Of a stretch of DNA of 64,000 nucleotides, positions 54,444-64,000 are shown piece after piece (positions within the stretch are counted from its first letter, which is position 1; the number at the start of each line of letters is the position of its first letter). Below the pieces are notes generated by a model that searched no databases, was not told the DNA's origin, and saw only the letters and a list, made by a program, of their open reading frames with translations. This stretch comes from Eledone cirrhosa (taxonomy: Eukaryota). Position numbers and translations under genes: made by a program. Where the stretch lies: assembly GCA_964016885.1 (NCBI GenBank), contig OZ024740.1:413850001-413914000 (forward strand), in the 5' to 3' direction.

Positions 54444-54626
54444 TTTCTACTTTAGGCACAGGGCCAGCAATTAGTCAGTACATTACTGGTACTTTATTTC
54501 ATCGACCCTGTAAGGATGAAAGGCAAAGTTAACCTCCGCGGGATTTGAACTCAGACTGTAAAGGGACGTAACTATGCTAGAAAACATGGCGTCCAACTCT
54601 CTATCGATACTGCCAATTCACCGCCC
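54444..54626 (-). mobile_element. tRNA-derived SINE (family 2)
   Basis: Reverse-complement copy, flanked by a direct repeat tgtcaagtgatataat (possible TSD). Confidence 0.85.
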
Positions 54627-55299
54627 TGTCAAGTGATATAATATCACCTAAAAGCTATTACACATTCTTATTATAAGCCAAGTCCATTTCAGAATGTCTG
54701 TAGTTCTTTTTGTGACCGACATATGCTTAAAATTTAATCTCGTGTTGCAGTCGCTATTTGTATGGTGAGAGTAACTTGAAAATTAATTTATCACATCGGT
54801 CAATAGCATATCTTAAACTATAATGGAATAACAATGGCTCGTATCTTTTTGATCATAGTTCTCCTCCATCAATGAAAACACGGGACCCAGGAACAGTAAC
54901 ATCTAACCTTCCACATTTTAAAAGCACATCAATAATATTAATATGACGAATTAGAGTGACTTTGCCTGGAGACTGCAAAATTATTCTTCGCATCAATTAT
55001 TTATGGAAATAACCCACAAAGACAAAGAAATATAAAATAATTTTTGTTCAGCTTCTGTGTTCTAATAGTGAGATCATGCAATGGGAATTCAACATTTTCA
55101 TTTAATATTTCAGTATTGTAGTAGCTTTATTCTCTAGCCACTATTAATATTTCCATAACATTGAAACTTGGTGCATTAGAACGTTCGTTAAGGTCGAGCA
55201 AAATATTTCACAGGATTTAGTTACGTCTTTATGTTCTAAGTCTGAATTCCCCCGTGGTCGACCTTTCCTTTTATCCGTAAGTGTCTGTGATGTAACTGG

Positions 55300-55640
55300 A
55301 TTGATAGCACCAGTTTCAACACTCGCTCATCAGAAGAAGGGTCTTTGGAGTAACGTTATGGTGCGTAACTCCGATATCAGGGTATTGCTCCAAATAGAGC
55401 TTCTATTTAACCTCTTCGAAAACTCACAACTCTCGTACTATGGATATGTTGTTAGAATATATAAGGAAAACCTCATAGAGAAGATTTGATGGGCAAATCC
55501 AACTGTCTGGAATCGTAGAGGCTGACCACGACCAAGACGGTTGGATAACACCCATATGCTTGCTTAGTCTTGCTTGGAGTTTACTCCGGACCATTTGGAG
55601 ACGATTGCTTTTGATAGTCTTTCAGGAAGGCGTGGACGCC
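55300..55640 (+). mobile_element. Decayed RTE-like 3' fragment
   Basis: QLSYYGYVVR..ENL.EKI followed by a frameshifted R.RG.PRPR(W)LDN motif. Confidence 0.5.
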
Positions 55641-56884
55641 TGATGTTTCATGGATTCAATCAACACTTAACTAATAGAACAAGTTCAACATATCACATTA
55701 GCTCTATCTAGATGTGAATTAAATAAGGAAGGATAGATATACTAATTTATGTCAACTGATAATACGCTTTGCTCGCGAAGATTTAATCAAATATACAGTA
55801 AGAAAATCGTTATTTGAAAATATTTATCATCACAGCGTTTTGTAGATACTTCACATCTATTTACGTTAACATAGAATATAATGAACATACTACACTTCCT
55901 GTATATGTGTTGGTTCTTGATGTTTTCTATTATATCGTTCGGTGATAGATGAAGTAAATAATCCTCTAATCATAGAAACTGAAGTGTGCAAAGGAAATTT
56001 CATTGTCGTCCATTGTATGTTTTGATAAATTATCAATTTATGTAAAAACACTTCCGGTTATTAGACATCGAATAACTGTCTGCGGTATTGTGTAAATAAT
56101 GAAATATTAGGGAACGTTAGTTATGGTGTTGAATATATCTTGTATCTCACTTTATTCTTGGTGTTTAGGTTGTAAGATAAGTATGTATTTTCCTGATCAT
56201 TCAAAAGCTAAAAGAAGTATTCTTATATAAGTACACCATATATGAATGCTGTAAACTAAAAGCAGCCAAGAACAAATGGCCGGCCTCAGATAAAGATTGA
56301 AAAGTTAATCAATATTACATAAGATGATTTCTAGATAGAGTGAAAGTAATATCATTGAAAATATTTGAAGGCGATAAGAAAATTCTAAAAGGGGTTTTGT
56401 TATATACAAAGGCAAAAATCGATTTTAATTTGTTCCCAGGTGTGTAATTGAAAGTGCAACCTACGAAGGATTGGAAAATAGAAAGAAACAACAAATGTAA
56501 GTAGGAAAGTAAAAATAATACAATTTATAAGATTATTTCTAATAGTATGTTTAAGTAATAAAAGTTAATTAAAGTGTATAATGGGATACATAATTATTGT
56601 TATAATCTACACTGTAAACTATACGTAGCTACCGGAGATCAGAGAATATAGATTCTGTCAATATTCATCTTGACTTAAATTAAACACTTTCAAATTTATG
56701 ATGACGCCACCTGCAGACAAATTCTAATGGTCTAAATTCTGCTCAGATCAGTGCATTTCAAGATTATTTTAAACTGCAACATGTAGACAGGTCACGTTTG
56801 AGGTTATTTTCGGCTGAATTCAAATGTAGATAATGCTTTTCAATTACTGCTCACAGAGGGCTTGTAACCAAAATACATTTTATC

Positions 56885-56932
<48 letters not shown>

Positions 56933-56979
56933 CAGCTCCTGATTATTACCGGAATTCTTTAAGAATCCGGCATTTATAA

Positions 56980-57070
56980 TTTTCGGCGAAAGAAGGAGAG
57001 TATGTGGCTCTGATGAACGCCAACCAGCGAGAAACGGTCTGTCAGCTTCTCTTCCTTCTTTCGCCGAAAA
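56980..57070 (+). ncRNA. Type I hammerhead ribozyme with long extended stem I
   Basis: uuuucggcgaaagaaggagag uaugu ggcu CUGAUGA a cgc caacca gcg a GAAA cgg u cug UC agcu ucucu uccuucuuucgccgaaaa. Confidence 0.88.
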
Positions 57071-57165
57071 AAAGTAAGTGACATAATCACTACTTCAAAA
57101 CTAAATGTGTTTAATTAAACATACGGTATATTACCAAATATACTATACATACATTCATATATACA

Positions 57166-59354
57166 ATTGACAACGTGGAGAATAACATGGTCGACAGTAC
57201 AAAAAAGGGTATTTATTTGCAGTCTAACAATTGTTTCACTGATAGAGTTGTCTAAAAATTGCTGAACACTAAAAGCAGTGCAACTCAATTTTAAATACGA
57301 TGTTAACTCTATTAGATCTTCGGAAACTGTTAAAAACATATATATGTAACCGGCAAATTTACAAATTCAAATTACATTAATAATAAAGATATAGAGAGAA
57401 AAGGAGGAATAAAGGGAGATAGATACAGTAAAGAAAGAAAGGAAAAGAAGGAGAAAGAGGAAGGAAAAATAAAAAGAAAAAAAAGAAAAGAGAAAGAAGA
57501 AGAAAAAGGTGGTACATACATAGACACCCTATGACTAACAGGAATCTCTCAAAGACAACGACTCTCGCCAATAAAATCTGGCAACTCAAAGATCCAAACA
57601 TGGAATATAAAAAGATATCAAAATCAAAGGTATATCAAATTGGTATGTCCCACTGTAGTCTCTGTAATATGGAATTTTTCCAAATTACAACAAAATTCTT
57701 CTTAACAGTAAAATTGAAAAAAAAATTTTTTGTCGACATAAATCGGCGACTGAATTTGAGAACTTTAGACCAGCTTAATTCCATCCTATCTATTCCATAA
57801 CCCAGATTGTACCACGTAGATCTATTATGATATCACATTATCAACATCATCATCATTATAATTATAATTGTCATCATCTATCAAAGAACAACATCAAAAC
57901 CTCTTATATTTACATTCATATTTACATTCTTATTTTTTATATATCTCTAATTTCACTCTTTATCTTTATATTTCTCTCCCAAAATTTATTTCATGTCTGT
58001 CATTTTATTTCATCATATAATCTTTATATATATAAAAGCGAGGATGTGTGTGTGTCTGTGTATAAATTTGGATACCTAAGGCTTTTAGAATTACCAACCG
58101 AATTTGACCAAATTTAGAATTACCAACCGAATTTGACCAACTTTATTGACAATCCTTATTAAAAAAGGGAGATAACCAACTTTATTGACAATCCTTATAA
58201 AGAGACTGTTTATTTTGACAGGTTGGGGACAAATAATGTTCTTCTTTTATTTCCTAGCTGTATATTCTTAGCATAATTTCAAACCCCGAGCAACGTCGGG
58301 TAAATCTGCTAGTATAACTTAAAAATAATTTATTTATTTATTTATTAAATTAACCAATACACACATAAATATATTTAACATTATCATATTTTCACTTATT
58401 ATCTCTCCATATATTTCAACAATTCTCAAAAACCATTCTTAATAATTTTAATATGTTTAAATATTCTTCGCACATTTTTACTCATTTTACTCCTTTTACG
58501 TATTTATATTTATTCTTCATTTTTCACATTTTATACCATTTTATATCACATTAGATATAACTTATTTATTTATTTATCAATTTTTTACATATTTTTTTAT
58601 ATATTTTTACATATATTTTTTATATATCTACTTTTATTTTTATTTACATTTATTCATGTATTAACGTTTATTCATTTATTTGTCCCTCTATTCTTCTTTC
58701 TATCCTACGTTATTTCTACTTATGTTTGTCTCATCTATCTACCATCGTCTTCTATATATCTTCTCTTTATATTTCTATCTATAATAATTTCTTCTTTTTC
58801 TTCTTTCTTTTTTTCTTTTTTTCTTTTTTTCTTTTTTTCTTTTTTTCTTTTTTCTTTTTTTCTTTTTTTCTTTTTCCTTCTTCTTCTTTTTCCTTCCTTT
58901 CCTTTCTTTCTTTACTGTATCTATCTCCCTTTCTTCCTCCTTTTCTCTCTATATCTTTATTATTAATATTATTATTGATGATGCAATTTGAATTTGTAAA
59001 TTTGCCGGCTACGTATATATTTTTTTAACAGTTTCCGAAGATCTAATAGGGTTAACATCGTATTTAAAATTGAGTGTCACTGCTTTTAGTGTTCAGCAAT
59101 TTTTAGACAACTCTATCAGTGAAACAATTGTTAGACTGCAAATAAATACCCTTTTTTGTACTGTTGACCATGTTATTCTCCACTTTTTCAATGTTATTAT
59201 CCAAGATAAACTACATAGGAATACAAGTGAAATCATAAACTCGTCATCTACGTTAACCTTTTGTTGAGTCAAGCAACGCCGTAAGCTAAAACTATCCATA
59301 ATAAGAAGTATTCACAACCTCTAATTGGATTACCTATAACGATATTTTGTTATC

Positions 59355-59357
<3 letters not shown>
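57166..59357 (+). mobile_element. Fold-back PLE relic (Hydra-like EN fragment, long 3'UTR, variant HHR)
   Basis: Arms at ~57166-57470 and ~58890-59192, tail to ~59357. The 57531-57800 ORF contains TTLANKIWQLKD..VYQIG..CSLCNME. HHR variant at 59029-59138. Confidence 0.82.
58021..58312 (+). mobile_element. Non-autonomous Helitron
   Basis: A|TC 5' end (TCTTTATATATATAAAAGC), subterminal hairpin CCCGAGCAACGTCGGG, CTAG|T 3' end and internal short tandem duplications. Confidence 0.8.
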
Positions 59358-59391
<34 letters not shown>

Positions 59392-59409
59392 CATGTGTGT
59401 GTGAGTATG

Positions 59410-61560
59410 CGTGCGTGTGAGAGCGTGCTGGTAGCAGGCGGACCGCCTCGCCAAAGGTACCTTCTCCTTTTTCAAGAAATTGAAGAGGAGCCGTTCAGAT
59501 TTGGGGGGGTGTGAATTGGAGCAAGGCACGACGTTCAGGCGGTAGTGGATGACGGGCTCGATGTGCGTATTCGCCACCTCCACCCGACCTTCAGGGACAG
59601 CTTCTTCTCGGCCCATTTCTAGGTAAGAGTGGCTAATCTGTTCTTGACCTCGTCCTATTTCTTATCCACCAGGAGATCTGGTCCGAACCAGAGCTAGAGC
59701 AACTTCGTCGGTCTGTCCGTCCAGTGCCTGACGACGCTGATGAGCGGTATGGACTTACCGGTCTGTGTGCCGCGCTACAGGACCATCGACTATTCCGGGT
59801 TTAGTTTTGTCCCCGTCAACCTCTCGTATTCCGCCAAGCTGGTGCAGACCACCTCCATTTTCTTGGTTCTTGACATCATCATATTGATGTCGTCCGAGCG
59901 GGAAGCCCAGCAATAGCTCCAGCTTCCGCAGTAAAGGCTTGAGAGTCAATATGTACAGAAAGGAGGAGAGAGGACACCCTTGACCGACTGATCGCATGAT
60001 GTGAAATGGTTCCGAAAAATGGCCATTTACTTTGACCACCGAGCAGATGCCACTGTGCCTTGCAGCGATCCAGTCTCCGAAGATGGGACCGAAGCTAACT
60101 GCCTTGAGAACAGCCTTCAGGTATTGATGGTTGACCTATCGAAAAGTTTTGATTGATCAGAGACCCATCGAAGCCAGGTTTACACCCTATCCTCTATATG
60201 ATGTATCGCATGAAGTGGAAGTTATCGTGTATGGACCTGCTCGGGATGACGCAAGTTTGCGCCTCACCTACCAAATCCTCGACGACAAGCGCCAACCTTC
60301 TTGCTAAAACCTTGGCCAAAATCTTAACCGCTGTGTTTAGCAGAGTTATGGGCCTGAAGCTATCAAGCGTATCCATCTTGGTCTCGTTATTACTTATCTG
60401 CGTCACTACACCCTGGCTCACATATTTGCGAATACTCCCGGTCCATCAAAAACTGAATTGTGCCTTTGCTACCATGCTGTGCCGCTGCCACGCGGGCTCA
60501 TCAAATAGCTTTCGTTCCCTCGTTTCTTAGAGCACACGCCTTAGCTCTGACAATGCAATCTTTGTGATTCGCATTGAAGAGAAGGTCCGATGTCATTCTT
60601 TCTGCTAGCACATAAGTTGCAATGCCCCTACAAATAGCCTCGCCTACTTTAGCTACCAACTTCCCCTTCCTTCTATTTTTTCTAACAATACTTCTTTACT
60701 AAAGCCTATCGAAATTACTCTAATCTCTCTTTTGAGAGCCTCCATCACCTGATTTGATCACGCCTGTCAACTTTTTCTTAACTAAATTATTGTTCCGGTC
60801 CCTGAAATGTTTACATGCCGTGAACGAGATGTTCAGCATCCAGTAACCAGGACATAACCTGTGTCTCCTCTCTATGTCGACTGCAGATCACAAACTTATG
60901 AGCTGAATAGGTGATCGTTTGAAAATCTGGACAACCTAAAACAAATGGACAACCTTGAAAATCTTGCCAACCTAAAGAAAACTCATCAATATACTATCTA
61001 GATGACCCTATGTGATTTGTCCAGGTCCATACCGGCGCATTAAGAAATTCTAGTCGGTTCCTGTCAGACTGTTGGAACTGGTTTATCAAGTACTTGAGTC
61101 TTTTGCACACCCTCCGCTCTTATCAACTACTCCCACACAATCCCAGCGTACTTCTAAGATGCTTTTCCAGCCCTCCGCTGGCAGTAAAGGGAGAGACGTT
61201 GCCAGAATAGCTTCCAGGCGCTTAAAGAAATCCGGCCGTCTGTCCCCGGTCGGGGCGTTAACAGCCACCAGCCTAAAGGCACTACCGTCGTTATTGCTCA
61301 CGTTCAGGGCCACCAACTTGACGTCCGATATCCGGAACATCGACTTACCTCGAGATCCAGGCCATTGCTAAACAGCACTGCAACCTCACCATCATTCCCA
61401 GTGGACTAAGAAATGTCAAGATCCAATAGACGTCGAAATTGCAGGCTTTTGTGCGCGTGTTGGATATTCTTGTCATGCTAATGACAGTCAAATCTACATC
61501 TGAGGTCGTTCAGAAGGCGACCTGCTTCCAGGACCATGCCAGACCACCAATATTCACTTA
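59410..61560 (-). mobile_element. Decayed L1/Tx1-like ORF2 (APE + RT)
   Basis: FRLVAVNAP (APE), FRPITLLNTAVKILAKVLARRL..AQTC and SVGQGCPLSSFLY; many frameshifts and deletions. Confidence 0.88.
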
Positions 61561-61705
61561 CAAGACCAAAAGTCCGTTTAGTTGGTGAGAGCGAGTTCCT
61601 TCCCACTTGATGTTTTCAGACAACCAAACGCTAATTGTATGTATACATTTCTTGTAGAGCGTTCCATTCAGGTATGTTCGCCTCTAATCATTATTAATAC
61701 ACATA

Positions 61706-61876
61706 GGGCGGTGGATTGGCAGTATCGGTAGAGGGTCGGACGCCATGCTTTGCGGCCCTTTATGGTCTGAGTTCAAATCCCACCGAGGTTAACTTTGCCT
61801 TTCATCCTTAAAATAAAGTACCAGTAATACACTGGGATAATTGCTGGCTTTGTGCAAAAAGTAGAAACAATTATTA
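61706..61876 (+). mobile_element. tRNA-derived SINE (family 2) with internal deletions
   Basis: Matches 53572-53766. Confidence 0.85.
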
Positions 61877-62329
61877 ATACACATAACCAGTACAAAATGT
61901 ATTTCTCATTGTCTATATATTTAGTCGTATATCTAAGTCTAAGTCTACGGCTCACTAAGGAGATTTAATAAGATCGAAGCAAGTTGACATATAGGCAGGG
62001 TCTCCTTCCACTGCATTATCTGAGATTTTTGTAAAAAAAACCTAAACCAGTGAATGCTCCTCTGAGCACCATAAAAGTCAGTTTCGGTCTTGAAATTCGG
62101 AGAGTATTCACGGTTAGTTTAAATTTCTTTTTTCCCACTCGCCATATTCAGACAATGCGACACTATTTGCATATATATATATATATTTATACACACTGTC
62201 TGAAGAACCTCGTGGTATTATGCTTTCGTCAACCTATTAATATTATATACATATATATATGTGTGTGTGTGTGTTTATGTGTGTGTGTGTGTGATTTTGT
62301 TTGTGTGTGTATTTGTACAGAGGCAAGCA

Positions 62330-62338
62330 GATAAATAG

Positions 62339-62369
<31 letters not shown>

Positions 62370-62466
62370 GATAGATAGAGAGAGAGATAAATAGGCATAT
62401 ATATATATATAAGAGATAGAGAGAGCGAGGGAGAGAGAGAGAGCGAGGTAGAGGGAGAGAGAGAGG

Positions 62467-62534
<68 letters not shown>
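62330..62534. repeat. (GATA)n/(GA)n compound microsatellite
   Basis: Direct inspection. Confidence 0.95.
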
Positions 62535-62538
<4 letters not shown>

Positions 62539-64000
62539 TTATATGCATAGTGTGTGCATTTTTGCATTTGTTATCTTTACGTATTTTAGAATTAGACAGT
62601 CTCTGGCAATGGAAGTTGAGTTATTTAAGAATAACGAAAACTTCCTTCTAGCATATCAATATCCAACTTACATTCACCCCTACTTCCAAACTAACTATTC
62701 TTCATTTCCATTTCTCCAAATTTCCATGTTCCCCCTCACCGCCCAAACATTTTACACTCGCTTTCTCTTTTCTCAAGCATTAAATGAAACCATATTCTGA
62801 GTGAAAAACACAAAATATATTTTAATTGGTTTGCAATAAATTTTCTTTCAATGTCGAGTTGTAAATTCTACTTTTGCTTCTTGCCACGGTTTTTCTTTGC
62901 TTCAGACAATCCACGTAATTGGTGTTTAGAGTAATTCGGTACACTTTATCATGATAAACTGGAGCTGAAGATTGTGCCAATGATTTCTAACCATGCTTCG
63001 TTTTGTGATAGTCATTAATGTAAATGAGAAATATTTATGAGATATTTGTGCTTCTACTTATTTACTCATTTATTTCTTTGTTTTCTTTATATTATTCGAT
63101 CTCGACTCTTTAAAACACCAAACTACATATAAGTGGCGCTGAATTCATAGAAACTGTCAGTGGCTCTTTTCTCGCCTAAAGTGCTGTCATATAGGAAAAG
63201 TAGAATGAGTTCTTATGCTCATTCCCCGTACTATTTTCCAGCTATTGTACACCACTATAGCAGAAAATAGTACCATGCTATTAATAGGATGCCAACTTTC
63301 AACTTTGTTTTAAACAGTATACTATATATATGCTAGCTGGCACAGAAACCAAACGTTGCTACATTCTGAATTCACTGCAAAAGTTAGTTTTTTCACCAAC
63401 TGATCGACGTATAGACATTTGAAATCCCCTTGATTTATTTCTCTCATCAAAACCCAGTTTTCTTCATTCTATCACTGCCTTTGCGCCCTTGGGATTGTCC
63501 GGGGATTCAGCGCAGATGTACATACAGTAAACGCTCTACAGACTCTGAAACATATGGTATGTCATGTAAGCTTGCTAATCAACGTTCTGCCAGTTTTTTA
63601 GGTTAAATATCCAATGAAACAAATGATATTTGTCTCCGATTCTCCCCGCGAGACAGCTAATTTGTAAGCTGGGACAATTGTTTATGCTATTTCTTTACAA
63701 TCAGAACGTGAAAGACGATGGTCATTCCAAAAGAAGTTCAAATGGTGAATTCAGATAGCGATTTTTCACTCTGTATAACAATCCGAACTCAGGCATCATT
63801 AACATGCAGCTTAGTCACTTCATGCCAAATCAGCGATAGCTTCAGAGAGAGACATCTCAAAAATATTCTTCAGTAGGAATATGGCAATATTTCCTCTTTT
63901 AAAGTACATATAGAAAATTATGACTCTTATCACGATTAAAATATTGTATGCCACACTATCGAATTTTCGACAATTTGCACTAAACGTCCTCAAAGTATCT

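Noticed and set aside
54855-54973. Possible terminal exon SPGKVTLIRH..DGGEL* on the minus strand
   Set aside because: Good acceptor but short, unsupported and unrecognised.
63400-63900. Minus-strand DIPYVSESVERL resembling a hAT dimerisation motif
   Set aside because: Single short motif among stops; insufficient.

Overview
AT-rich, microsatellite-saturated eukaryotic DNA. The SINE families and the (TA)n/(TACA)n density suggest a cephalopod such as Octopus; this is inference. No complete host gene is visible, only two phase-compatible candidate exons near the left end. Most ORFs in the supplied track are microsatellite artefacts. Recognisable mobile elements are a 5'-truncated Dong/R4 (RLE) retrotransposon in (TACA)n, a near full-length frameshifted RTE-type LINE, bipartite non-autonomous RTE derivatives, a decayed L1/Tx1, a Tigger relic, hAT and piggyBac MITEs, a short Helitron and tRNA-derived SINEs. 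The dominant pattern is not visible in the ORF track. More than a dozen fold-back (inverted-repeat) insertions sit in (TA)n tracts, and by eye about 25 intact, variant or decayed type I hammerhead ribozyme (HHR) motifs occur in at least ten unrelated sequence families. Some are attached to Penelope-like (RT/GIY-YIG) relics of three protein types. Others sit in non-coding mini-elements, including a 428-bp tandem unit that resembles a retrozyme. All folds were read by hand and coordinates may be off by a few bases.
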